Notes under the pieces: model-generated
Database searches by the model: none
Told to the model about the DNA's origin: nothing
What the model saw: only the letters and a program-made list of their open reading frames with translations
Shown here: positions 24,027-36,006 of the stretch, piece by piece
How positions within the stretch are numbered: position 1 is the stretch's first letter
Layout of the letters: each line of letters opens with the position of its first letter
Source: Vitrella brassicaformis CCMP3155
Taxonomy: Eukaryota > Protista > Chromerida
Length of the DNA stretch: 64,000 bases
Direction of reading: 5' to 3'
NCBI GenBank assembly: GCA_001179505.1
Contig: CDMY01000338.1
Location: 1-64,000, forward strand
Translations under genes and position numbers: made by a program

Positions 24027-27000
24027 TCACATATCACTTTTCCTTCTCGCTGAGCATGCGCCGAGAGAGGAGCGACGCCGCTTATCCTGCTGTTGCCGCC
24101 GCTGCTCCACAGAAGGCATCTGCACAATACACAGTACACACACAAACATGGTGAAAGACCTCACTGATGTGATATGGACACACACACATCCGTACCGGCA
24201 GAGTGCTAAGATACGAGGGCACCTGGCCCTGTGTGGCGGCGACCAACTCGTGCCTGCAGACATGGACACAACAAGGATACGCACAGCCCCTGCTGCGTGC
24301 CCACCCATGACATGTGTACGCACCGGTAGTCGGCCCATGTGTGTGCCGTCACGCCATAGATGTTGAGCCGCTCCGCCACCGACGCCTCCACGCTCCTACT
24401 CCAAAAGTCGAACTCGTCAACCGACATGACCAACAACAGCTGCACGCCGCACAACCAGATACACACCACACCACATGTGTGTTGGAACCCATCCATCCCA
24501 AAGCTGTTTTTGGCCGCTCACCTTGGGCAGTTGGGCCAGGTGTGCGAGGACCCTGAGAGTCCGTGTGTCCCGCAGCCTCGGCCCATCGATGCCGTGCACC
24601 ACCAGGGCAGTGGTGGCCTGTGACGCTGCCACACACTCGCTAAACACCTGACGTGACGCACACAACACACCCAGACCACACAAGGCACATATCTCTTCTC
24701 TCTAGTGTGATTTCTCTCTCGTGTCGCTGAGCTGACGCACCTACCTACCTGTACTATCTCTTTGAGGGATCTGCCCCGGGCTTCTGCCGCCTTGCTTGCT
24801 ATGTCCTGCACACCTGCGAAGGCATTGGGCGTCTCCATGAACCGCAGCAACGGCGCCCTCAGTGGCTCGACAGCGTCCAGACGGACGTCATGGCCGTAGA
24901 GCACCAGCCGGCTGGAATCGCTGACCGATAGCATGGACGACACACACACGAACGAATCAGCATGAGGTGGTAGTGGTCTGTCTGGCCGTTGCTTGGGGGG
25001 TTTCTCCTCACTCACCTGAGGCATCGTCTGTCAAACTTATCTAGCAGGGCCTGCTTGGACCCAATGCCGCTCACACACAGGGAGAAACCGGCGACAAGAG
25101 CCTCCTTCCAACGGCCGAAGTCAAGACATGCTCGGCTGAATATCTGCAGCCAGTCAACGGTCACACACACACACACAGGGGAAACAGCCAGGCCCTCACA
25201 CACAAGGGAAACAGCCCTCCACGGGACCCGCCATTTTGCACACACCCATGGCCTCGTCCTGACCTGCTGTTTGTCCGGCTCTTGTTCGACCGGCATGGCC
25301 AGAAGCCGCTCCGCAACCCACTGCGGACTGTACTCCTCGGCGCCACTCTCCCCTGCCCCACGACGACCACCACGACCATCACCATCACCAGCAGCGGCAG
25401 CGGCAGCAGGACCAGTCGACCCTCCACGCGTAACGCGTCCGCCACCTGCACCCCTGGTGTGCCGCGCCGCCTTGCTGCCGCTCTTGCGAGGCTGGTCGGG
25501 TATCGTCTTGCCTGTCCTGACGGTGGGGAGCTTCTTCTTGGCGGCCGGGAAGGGGTGGTAGGGTGGCGCGGGATGAGAGGCTGCTGCTGCTGCTGCTGGC
25601 ACTTGCGATGGCGATAGGACGTCGGCACTGGCCTGACCCTGGACACACATAAGGATGCATGATGCGCGTCAAGTGTTTGTTTGTCGTGTGGTGGATTGTG
25701 TGTGGGTATGGCGCTGACCTTGGTTTGAGAGACAAAGAGAGGCGGCTCCTCCTCGGCTGCTGCAGGCACCTGATCGTCCCTGATGGCCACCTCCTCGCCG
25801 CCCTCCATGTCTACATCCATCATGTCCGATTGCCGCTCCCGGCCCTCACCCTGCCCGCCTTGTGGATGCACCACCACTGGCTGATCCACGCCACTGTCCT
25901 CACCTCCCATCCCCTCGCTGCTCGTCGCCTGGCCGTCCTCTCTGGCCATGCCCCTCTTGCCCTTCCTCCCTCTCGGCTGCAGTGGCTTGCTGTCGGGGCT
26001 GTCGGCAGCGGGTGGTGGGTGCTCCTCCTCGGTCTGGTGTCTGCTGCGGCCGGATCGACGGGCGGAGCGTGGCCCTTTGGTCGACCAATAGCCGCCGTCG
26101 AGGCCGTCGACTCTGGCCCCCGACGACGGGAGGTTTTCTGCAGGCGGGGGGCTGGCAGGCACAACTGCCTTTGGGGCATCCGCGGGTGCCGCTGCTGCTG
26201 CTGCTGCTGCTGCAGGGGGGAGAAGGGGAGGGATGGATGGGCCAGGAGGGGGAGGGAGAGAGGGCGGCTGTGGCTGTGGCTGTGGCTGTGACTGTGGCTG
26301 TGAGTGGGTGTATTTCTTGGCCTTCTTTCGGGTGCGAGAGGGGCCGCTGGTGAGCTTGCGGCTCTTGGGCTGGTGGAGAAGCGCGGCGAACTGGTCCTTG
26401 CTGGCTGCGTGTGTCGGACAGAGGAAGCCCCTGACCACCTGACCCGGCGTCTTTTCATAGTAGAACTGAGCAGAGAGAGAAAAGGGCAGAAGGGCAACCA
26501 CCAGAATGAATGAACGACAGCCACATCACATCCACACACTCTCACTCACCCACTCACTTACCAGCAACACATCCCCCGCATCTCTGAGGCATGACGCGTG
26601 GTAGGCCACCCGGCAGTGTGGCCAGCTGCACTGGATTGGCGCGCCGACCCCCTTGCAGCCGCAGGTGTGGCAGGTCTGCTTCCACCGAGAGGCCGGCACC
26701 TTGGCCACATCCACCACCACATGGCCCTGCTCCCCATCGCGACGCAGCCAAGTCTCGGGCACCCACAAGGCGCACCGGTGATGTGCCCACCGCCCGTCAT
26801 CCGTCGGCACCAGCGGAGGGTGCCCCTCGCGCCAACAGAGGACACACTTCATGGGCTCCTCTGGGGCGGTGGGTGAACAGCTGGCCTGCGCCTCTCTGTC
26901 TCGTCGATGGCTGCACGCGCGGCAGATCCATGGGGGGCCGTCTTCTGTCGGCTTGGTGGTGAATCCATAGCACTCGTCGTGTACCCGTGTGCCGCACCCG

Positions 27001-30000
27001 CCGTCGCAGAAGATGATGTTCTCTCCCTCAGAGCACTCGTAGCTGTCGCATATGTCGCACGGCACGAGGTCGTCGTCGATGACGCGACCACTCGAGTCCG
27101 TGTTGGCCTCTGCAAGCTTCTTGGGGCAGTAGAAACAGATGTCGAGGGGCAGCTGGCCGGACAGCGATGGCGATGGCGATGGCGACGGTGCTCGGGGCCT
27201 CTTCTTGGCCTTGGGCTTGGGCTTGACGAGGTCGACGGCAGCCGCAGCAGCGGCAGCGGCAGCAACAGCGGTGGGCCGCCGCTCGCGCACCGTCCTCTCG
27301 CGGATGTATGGCCATTTCGGGATCACCCTGCTGGGCCTGCCCCCCTTCCTCTCACCCTTGGCGGCCCTCCCTCCCCGGGGCAGAAGCCACATCGGCTCCG
27401 GCGGCTGCATTTTCTCATTCTGCATCCTCTTCGCCTGCCTTTGGGGCGAGATGCGCCGGCTGACCCTCCTGATGTTGCGAACCAGGAAGGGCAGCAAGCG
27501 CCCTGGAAACTGACGGCGACTGAGGCAGGGCGCCAGCCGTGTAGCTGCGGGTGTGGGAGACTTGTGGGCGGGCCTGGTGCGCCGAGGGGGCCGAGGGGGT
27601 GGTGGTGGGGGGGCTGCCGGCGGAGAGGGAGAGGGCGAGGGAGCGTGTCGCTCGCCGAGAGGTGGCAGGGGTGGCGCGGTTGCACGTGGCTGCTGAGCCG
27701 GCCGACCGCTGGCAGGAGCTCCTGGCAAGTTGAAGGGCACAGGAGACAGGCCACCCTGAAACATACACACACAAAGACAAACGAGAGAGAGAGAGAAGGT
27801 CACCCAGTAGCCTGTCTCAGCGTCACCTCCTCTCTGCATTCATTTCATTCCCCTCTCATTGTCCACGTACCCGAAGCGAGCTGCGCCCTGACCGCGATGC
27901 GTCTCTCCGGCCGGCCTTCTTGCGCACCACGGCCCCACCACCACCACCACCACCAAAGTCGCCCTCTTCCTCGACAATCTCAAGCTCATCATCATTATCG
28001 TCATGGGCCGTGATGCCGTGATGTCGCTGATGTCGCTTCGGCGAGGTAGGCATGCGTGGCGTGGGGCGTTTGAAGGGGGTAGGTGGCGACATGAGACGCT
28101 GCTGCTGCTGCTGCTGGGTGCCCACTCGGGGCGGTGGGCTGCGGTTGACAAAGGGCGTGGTGGGAATGAGAGGCTGATCGGGGAGAGGCGAGAATAGAAC
28201 AAGCCCGCCTGTCTGTCTGTCTGTCTGTCTGTGTGAGTGTGTACCTGTCTCTTGACAGGCGAGCCCGACGGAGATCCTGCCGATCCCCGTGGGCGGCGAG
28301 ACGAAACATCTCCGCAACGCTGCAAGCATGCAGGCAATGCAGATGAAGCAACACTCAGTTGCTCGTATGTATAATGCGGGAGTGCTGCTTGTAAAATACG
28401 GCACGCTCCGTCTGCTCTGCTCAGCCCACCTTACTTACCTCTCTGCCCTGCGCGACGCCGATATCGACACGCCTGACACAATGCTCCGGCCCCCGCTGCT
28501 GCACCCTCACTGCCCCCAACAACTGCTGCAGGCTCCAAAGGGTCCCATGAAAGCGGAGCCGCACCAGGTGCGGGTCGACCTCGACCTGCCCCTCAAGGCC
28601 CCCATGCCGCTCCTGCCGGTCCACCACGTGCCCCGCATACGACTGGAACAGCTCGAGCATCGCGATGCTCTCCCGCAGGTCCGACGGCATCAGCCGATGC
28701 ACGAACGAGATGGCCTCCAGCCGTCTCATTCCCCCCTGCGTCACTTCCAGCGTGTCCAGAAGCTGCACAGTGGGTGGGCCGCTGCGGGGAACTTCGCCAG
28801 CCGGGCGATGATAGCGCATCATCTCAGCGGCCAGGGGGAGAGCGCCTGCGGGTGTGAAGCGGTCGGAGTCGTCCGGTCGCAAGATGAGGGTCTTCATGAT
28901 CTCGTAGAGCGTGTACATCAGCATCTGTGCGAGGGCTGAGGGGCTCTTGCCCTCGCACAGCTTGGCGGCCTCATCGTTGATCTCGGCCTCCCTGTTCCTC
29001 TGGGCAGACTGCGCTTGCGAGACCGGCCGTCCTCCGCCCTCCTGCTTGTACAGAACAGACCGCCTGGCCACGTTATCCTTGAGATGACCCCACGCCCTGT
29101 GCTGCTGCCGGCTGGCCTGGGAGCCTGGGGCCGCTTCAGGGCGCGCGGCAGTCTCCAATAGACCCAGGTAGACACGAACCCTCCTCAAGTGCTCGACATG
29201 CGGCCACTGCTGCCTCTGCCCAGCTGTAGGGGGCTGTCCTGATGCTGATGCCGATGCAGCAGCAGCAGGAGCAGCAGCAGCAGCAGCAGCAGCTGAGGTC
29301 TGTGGCTGTCTGTTGGCCATGGGGGAGGGGGAGAGGGCCGGGATGGATGGGCGAGCCGGGCGAGAGGGTGTTGCGGGAGGGTGTCCGCTCTGGGTGGGGG
29401 GAGGGAGTGAGGGTCTTGTGTTGGGTGTGGGTGTGTGGGGGCCGAGCTCTCGATCGAGGAGCTCGCGCACTCTCTGGGTGAGCTTGCCAAGGTCCTGCAG
29501 TCGCTCATCGAGCTGGTCCAGGTTCATGACGCGACGGGTGCGATCGTCCAGCATGCGATCGATAGCCGTCCCAGATGGAACCGACCCATCTAACGACACA
29601 CAGGCACACACACATAGACACACACGGCCAGATGCACCCACTCCTTCCTTCTGTGCACATGTTATGTTGCTCTGCTCGTCTCTCTCACCGTACCGTCAGG
29701 GTAGCACTTGCGATGGATCTGCTGCAGGAGTTCCCATTCCTTGGCCTTCCACCTATGCCAGAAGAGCTCCAACTCCAGGAACACCAGCATGCCCAGCCCC
29801 TCCCTCTCCCGCTGCATCCGAAACCGAGCCATGTGCCGCGGCATGCTCCTCCGCAGACACGCCCGATCATCATCCCTTCGCCCGACCAGCGCAAGGCGCG
29901 TCCTCGCGTGGGGCTTGTCCTTCGTCTGCTCGATCACATAGTCCGCCTGCACTTCGGTGAGGGTGTGTCGGGCGTATAGGGGCGCCAGGGCCACCTCGCC

Positions 30001-30921
30001 CTTGACGATCCGCTCCCTCTTGTGGTCATTGGGGCAGTCGGTGAGCGACGCACAGGGATGGAAGGTGACGTAGGTGGCCAGCAGGTGCCACAGGGTGCGA
30101 CAGAGGTCGGTGAGGGTGGTGGTGTCGGCGATGGCCTGGAGGTGGCTCGGCGGCAGGGTGAAGGGCAGCATGGAGGGGTCGGTAGCGATCGCCGGGATGA
30201 CGAAACGGTCCATAAATATCGACATCCTCTCCATATTGAGCACCTTGGGCTGAAGGGCCATAACCGCGGGCAGAAGCATGCCGAGAGACCTGTTGCAGCT
30301 GCCCAGCACCAGCACCACAGACACCCCCTCCTGCCGCAGGCCCTGACAGACGGCAGACAGCCCGCCGATGCCCTGCGATGGCTCCGTCACGCCCGCCCGG
30401 CTGTCTGCGTCGGGCACAATGATGCCCACGATGTGCCTCTTGCCATCCCCCAGACCCCGGCTCCCCCGAACAGCCGTCGTGACATCCTGCTGCCAATCCA
30501 GCCAGTCGGTGAGGAAGGGCGGCGTCACAATAGGAGAGCCGGCAGGCAGCCCCTCCTCGAGCAGCCCGCTAAGGGCAATCTGCCGGTCCGCCATCGACCT
30601 ATCTTCGTCGCTAAAGATGGCCACGGCCGCAACGATGCCGGGGTGGTCCGACGCTGCATGCGGCAGTAGCTGTTGCTGAAACTGCTCCTCTGTCAGCCGC
30701 TTGCCCTGGATCTCGGTCGTGCTGAAGACCATGCTTTGGATGCGCCGCATCACCCGACGCCACGTGTTCTTCTGCAGCTGGAGGAGGGCTGACTCATCTG
30801 CCCGCTGGCTCGCTATCGAGGCCGTGCACTTGAGAGGATAGATGGTCCCTGCATTGACGCTCTCAACTGCCGACGCTGGACCAGGCGACGTAGGTACTCG
30901 AACGGCAAAGCCTGGCTCCAT
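24027..30921 (-). CDS. ORC3-PZP-ORC2 fusion protein (13 exons, 1921 aa predicted)
   Basis: Exons 30921-29694, 29589-28439, 28319-28245, 28173-27871, 27755-26562, 26465-25719, 25638-25264, 25143-25016, 24920-24749, 24647-24522, 24439-24324, 24253-24196, 24119-24027. All introns are GT-AG, all phases match, total 5766 nt with no internal stop. ORC3-like, PZP and ORC2-like motifs occur in that order. The last exon is the least certain. Confidence 0.72.
24196..25143 (-). other. ORC2: ORC2-like domain
   Basis: DFGRWKEALVAGFSLCVSGIGSKQALLDKF (ORC2 pattern F.KW..QL..GFNI.LYGLGSKR.LL..F), LVLYGHD, ALVVHGIDGPRLR..LAHLAQLPK, LLLVMSVD, VTAHTWADYRHE (ORC2 pattern TTY.PY.EE). Confidence 0.8.
26400..27065 (-). 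other. PZP module (PHD1, Zn knuckle, atypical PHD2; BRPF/JADE/AF10-type)
   Basis: CDICDSYECSEGENIIFCDGGCGTRVHDECYG..WICRAC; CVLCW..LVPTDDGRWAHHRCALWVPET; CHTCGCKGVGAPIQCSWPHCRVAYHASCL..FLCPTH (last ligands in the next exon). Confidence 0.93.
28439..30921 (-). other. ORC3: ORC3-like region (AAA+-like N-terminal part and winged-helix C-terminal part)
   Basis: IVGIIVPDADS..VSVVLVLGSCNRSLGMLLP..LPFTLPPSHLQAIAD..LTDLCRTLWHLLATYVTFHPCASL parallels the ORC3_N pattern ([48 protein letters not shown]). LRFHGTLWSLQQLLGAVR..EHCVRRVDIG parallels the ORC3 C-terminus (ARFIRAVSELELLGFIK..DHVARLTWG). Confidence 0.62.
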
Positions 30922-31030
30922 CAGACCAACCGTCCTACAACCCACAGAGAATGCCTGCCCTCCTCCTAGCGGTCAAAGCGATCCGCCTCATTGGAGCTCG
31001 CAAATGCCGCTCGCCGGAAACGAGTTCCAT

Positions 31031-31741
31031 ATGTCGCTGCACCTGCTCTCTCTTGTCTTACAGGTGGCTGGCATCACTGCTGTTGCGTGGCGGAAGACCG
31101 ACGAGATCTTATCGTTGAGGACCAAATGGATGCATCTCATCGGGGAGCGCTACGACACTGGGCAGGGCAAGGAAGCAGTCGAGTACTGGCGCGTCATCAA
31201 GCCTGACAGGTAAAACGCACAGATCATTCATCCACAAATCCAGTAGCTGTACATTGTCGCTGCGTGCAGCGTCATCGTGATAGTGCTGCACGAAGGCCAT
31301 ATCATCCTCCCGGCACCGTCCTACCGTCCCGGAATCGGCAAGCCCACCGTTGACTTCGTGGGCGGGCGGCGACGGAGTTGCAACGGCACATCTGTCCGAG
31401 ACGATGCACTGGCACTCATAAAGAAGGAGCTCAACGTGACTGCAGCTGATGCGCGGACCCTTCGTGTGGTCAACGAGGGCCCCAGAGGCTATGCTATCGA
31501 CAGCTCTTTCAGCAGCCACCGGCTGTGGGTGGCTGTCTGTCGGCTCAAAGAGGGTGTGGTGTTGCCATCCGACTGTGTGCGGTATCGCGTGAGTGAAGTG
31601 GATGTGTTGCTGCGTGATTTGGAGTGCCTGCAGTGCCGTGCTGCCCTGATGGAGCTGATGCTGAGAGAGCCGGGGCTGTTCAAGGAGAGGAGGGGGTGGG
31701 GGGGATGGATGGGGAGGACAGCAATGACACGGCATAGTTGA
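31031..31741 (+). CDS. NUDIX-fold protein of cyanobacterial/algal type, with a possible signal peptide; start uncertain
   Basis: WRKTDEILSLRTKWMHLIGERY..EYWRVIKPD|SVIV..LPAPSYRPGIGKPTVDFVGGR..KKELNV..YAIDSSFSSHRL resembles a cyanobacterial NUDIX family I recall. One phase-2 intron begins gtaaaac at 31210. Confidence 0.7.
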
Positions 31742-32205
31742 GTTGTGAAGCTAGCTTTTGCTGCTCTCCCTCCCCGGAGGAGTACGCGTAGCACGGACAC
31801 CGATCATTGACGTGGGTCTGCTTGCGCTCCACTCACTCACTCACTCACTGAGAAAGTCCCGAACAAGAGGAAGAGGTACACACACGCTTACACACATTAC
31901 ACCGCTCACACTATCTACTGTCAGTCATACAAACAACACGTAGATGCTTTCACTTCACGTCCATGCCCTCACTGCACACATACCTAGCTACTGTACAGGT
32001 TGGTTCACCATCACCCACAACCAAAAAAGACGACAAGGAGCTGACAGATAGGCTCTCCTTCCCCCATGATCCATCCATCCATACGGAAACACAAGATGGC
32101 GACAATCACACAAGAAATGGCAGCCTCTCCCTTCAACACACACACGCACGCAATCGGCCCGACCCCTCGTCGCTCTGTAAGTGCTGACTGTTGCTCTTTG
32201 ATCAG

Positions 32206-32482
32206 TCAAATGAGCTTCGGCAAGGGGAATGGATTGGGAATCAGCACCCACGCCTCCTTGGAATAGGCCTTGAAGGCCTCATACCGCGAGAGCGATTTGT
32301 CCTTGCTGCGAATCTGCACACACACAAAAGATACACCACAGCCATGCGTGTGATGCAGCCAGCCACCCAACGTGATGCAGTCGTGCTGATTGATTGATGC
32401 TCACGTTGGGTGTGAAGACGAGCAGCCACCAGGCCAGGCACACAAACCAGCCGATCCACGCCTTGGCTATCAGAAGGTAACT

Positions 32483-32519
<37 letters not shown>

Positions 32520-33421
32520 CCAGCGATGAGAATGAATCTCTGTGTGTCTGTGCACCCTCCCACTTACACACCCGATGTAAAGCAGAATCTCGCCAAAGTA
32601 GCTGGGGTTCCGTGTGCGGCAGAAGAGCGCCTCAGTGACCAGGCCCTTCCGGAACTTTAGTGTGGTCATCAGCTGTGCGTCACTGACAAACTTGAGGTAC
32701 ATGCCCATGACGTACACGACCAGGGCCACACACACACGGGCGGGGTGCAGGGAGCGAGTGGTGCTGGCGAGCGACCAGGGGATGACCAGGTAGCTGTTCG
32801 CCGTCACGAAAGTCATGACCCAATAGGGAAACGGTATCTTGTACTCGAAGTTCTGACAGTCTCACGCAGATGGATGGATGGACAGAGCAGAGTGGCAGAG
32901 TGGCAGCCAAACAACAACCAAACCATGCCTATATGCCGACCTTCAATGGGAAGAATTGGGCGCTGACGAGCCAGCAGACCGAGTACATGCCATGCATTGC
33001 AAGATAGACAAACATCGGCGTCTCGTAGTTCCCGTAAACCACCATCATCAACACGACAAAGAGGGGGCAGCACACTGAGCGCACACACAACAAAGACGAA
33101 CAGCATCACATGAGCGGAGGTGGACACGTCGCTCCTGCAGGTGCCGCCCATCTGTGTCTGTATTTCGTACCTTTGTGCAGGTTGATTGCCTGGTTGGGAG
33201 TGGACGTGCCTGAGTTGAGATGAGAGAGCAGACATATGTGTACAGACGGGCGGATGCGGCAGTACATATGTGTCAAACGTGCCGAACGTATGCGAGAACT
33301 GTATCTGCTCAGCGCTGAGGCCATAGTTGGAGGCGCCGGGCTCCCGTCCCAATTGAGGTACTCCGGATCCCTCCCTGCCGCCCTCTGCTGCCTCGTTGCT
33401 CTGCTTCGGTGCATCCGCCAT
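32206..33421 (-). CDS. DUF1295 / steroid 5-alpha-reductase-like (ICMT-like) membrane protein
   Basis: Several TM segments, LKFVSDAQLMTTLKFRKGLVTEALFCRTRNPSYFGEILLYIG, and C-terminal KDKSLSRYEAFKAYSKEAWVLIP. Confidence 0.8.
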
Positions 33422-33822
33422 AGCGGCGCAGATCTGCGTCGATGAAGAAAGATCTCTTCTGGCGGCGGTGGAAGGTGACTACGCCAATAGTCCCGAGCAC
33501 GTTTCAGAAGCGGCGAAGCCAATTTGAATTTGAGCTCGCAGAGCGCCCGCTGCGTGAGCTTCTGGGAACTTGAGCCGGCGCCAGCCGTCCGCGCTGCTGA
33601 CCCGCAAACGACACTTCCCCCTTCTCTGGGTCTGCCCGACCCCTCAACGCTTCAATGGATCCTCTGCCGAACTCATCTTTGACTAGATCTGATCCTGGCA
33701 GTGCGGATGACTCGTCTGATGAGTCTTGCAGACGGCAGCGGTCTCAATGGCCCGCGCCAGGCGGCTCTCAACACCGCAGCAGCCTCGCACTTTCATCCCC
33801 TCCACCACGCGGCTGGAGTCTT

Positions 33823-35452
33823 ATGCGAGGCTTCATGCTCGTCCTGCTCTTCTTCAGTGCCCTTTCCTGGAGGTCGATGACTACAGCAGCTGAGGCAGTG
33901 CAACGACAATGGCGCAACAGCCACCCGTCGGCATTTCTCCCGCCCTCGGCAATGCGGCCAACCCAGCATGATAGAGGAGCCTCCAAGAGGCCGACCTGCG
34001 TTGGCGTGAGTGGGAACCGAGATCTGTTGGTGGTGCCTGGCGAGAGGGAGAGGCAGTCGCGGATATTCTTCAACCCCATATGGTCGCCCTACGTGGTGCG
34101 GCCGACGGTGCGGAAGCAGGTGGACAGGGACGTGTGGATATTCGAGCAGGAGCTGGGGCTGCTCAACGTCACCGAGGTCATCAGGTACTTACAGCACTAA
34201 CTCGCACGAGTGACAAGACAGACATGCCTGCATCGGGTGGGTGGCATTATGCGGGCTGTGTGAGTGTGCAGGATGACAGCCATCCGTCTGCAGGAGGGTG
34301 GGCTCTTCATCTACGCCCCGATCGCTCCGACAAAGGAGTGCATCCGACTCATTGATGAGCTCAACGAAGGTCGGTGGGCTGGTGGGGCAGCCGGGCCACC
34401 CACACCCACAGCCACACACATGCACGCACAGATACGGCATTGCTCTGTACTTCCTCCTCACTGTCAGAGGTCAAATATGTGGTTCTGCCGGTAACTGCCG
34501 TCGAGCACAAGCTCTTCACCAAACCCTTCGTCAACCACTTCACGCAGGCCAAGGTCTACATCGCCCCTGGCCAGTTCTCTTTCCCCCTCCCCCTGCCGCT
34601 GGGCTTCCGCGTCAACGCCGAGCTGCCCTCGTCCAGGGGGCCGCGCGATGCGCGCCTGCCCTTCGAGAACGAGATTGAGTTCGAGACCTTCTCGTTCAAC
34701 ACGCCGATTGGCAACAGTGTCGAAGTTAGTGAGAGAGACGAAGACAGGCCTCCCGGAGGGGACAACATTTGGCTGTGTGGGTGGGTGTGCTGGCAGGTTG
34801 CGTGTTATCACAAGAGATCAAACACCCTGCTGACCACTGATTCGCTGCAGTTCGTTGACGCCAAGAAGAGAACACCCGAACAGATATGGACTGCACTGCA
34901 GGTGGGCCGGCCACACCAGCACGGCAAAACGATGTGGCCTGGCTGCTCTCAGTCAGTCACTGACTCGTTCCTCTCTGTCTGTCTGTCTGTCTGTCTTGAT
35001 GTTGTGTGTGCAGGTGTTCTTCATCCTGGCGCCACGTAACGAGACGAACAGCGGCTTCTTCTACAACGTGCCCGAGGGCTTCAACGGTGTCCTCAACAGA
35101 CACTACGTGCCGCCACAGCTGAGGAAATGGGTATCGTCGACACACGGCATAACAGAGCCATCCATCCATCCATCACTCCGTCTGCTGACTGACACAGGTG
35201 TTCGAGCTATCACCCGTTGCTGCCCGCGCGTGGGTGGATCGTGTGTCGAGGTGGCCCTTCCGGCGGCACATATCGTGCCACTTCGACTCTCCGACGCGCC
35301 TGAACCCCTCCCAGTTTCGCGCGGCTTTCTCTTTCCTCGACGACCCCTCACCGTTGTCGCCATCGGCTCCATTCCCCGAGGGCCGGGCGCCCTTCATCGA
35401 GTCGGTCGAGAGATTCCTGAAGCAGACGGTGTTCAAGGGCAGGCTCACGTGA
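33823..35452 (+). CDS. DUF4336 family protein, probably plastid-targeted
   Basis: Signal peptide MRGFMLVLLFFSALSW followed by SAFLPP. Core motifs RPTVRKQVDRDVWIFEQ, MTAIRLQEGGLFIYAPIAPTKEC, VKYVVLPVTAVEHKLF, VYIAPGQFSFP, YHKRSNTLLTTD. Confidence 0.85.
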
Positions 35453-36006
35453 GTTGGACAGGGGATGGATGGCTGCATGGATGTGATTTTGCGTCCGGGT
35501 TTTGGCGAGTGTTTTGGCGAGCGAGGGACTGACTGGCGGCACACAGACAGTGCTGTGCTGTGTGTACAGATGGACGGTGTGGTGGCTGTCGTCTGTCAAT
35601 CAATGCATTGAGGTGTGGCTGTCTTGTCAGTCAGTGTATAGGCCTGTGGGTGGCGACGCTTAAGCATAAAGGGACCCTCATGTGTTCGTGAGTGAGCCAT
35701 CGAATTAAGTCAGTTAAATGGAGAGAGACGACCCAGACTTCCCGACAAGGCATACATACAAGGCATACAAGCCACACCGTCAGACAACCCTCACAGTCAT
35801 CGCTCCAGCACACGCACACAACCGACACTTGATGTCATATATCAGTAATTACACACGCAACGTCGCACGCGGGCATGCTGGGACGGAAATGTGACGCTAA
35901 AAGCGCGACCACACGGCAGCTGCGATGCGACTCTCGGTCATTCGGCAACACACGCTCATCCACACGCACCCCGCCCCCCTTAATTACCTACAGCCCGCCC
36001 TCTCCC

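Noticed and set aside
26907-28013. 368-aa plus-strand ORF, and similar long ORFs at 14431-15069, 28289-28939, 30022-30669, 39949-40527, 40763-41656, 59925-61046 and 62323-63174
   Set aside because: Antisense or alternative-frame shadows of real GC-rich exons; no motifs of their own.
28001-28173. Stop codon that would end ORC3 before the PZP exons if the acceptor at ccgcag (about 28140) were used
   Set aside because: The upstream acceptor gatcag at 28174 gives a phase-0, stop-free, protein-like exon that splices in phase to the PZP exon. It still needs RNA confirmation.
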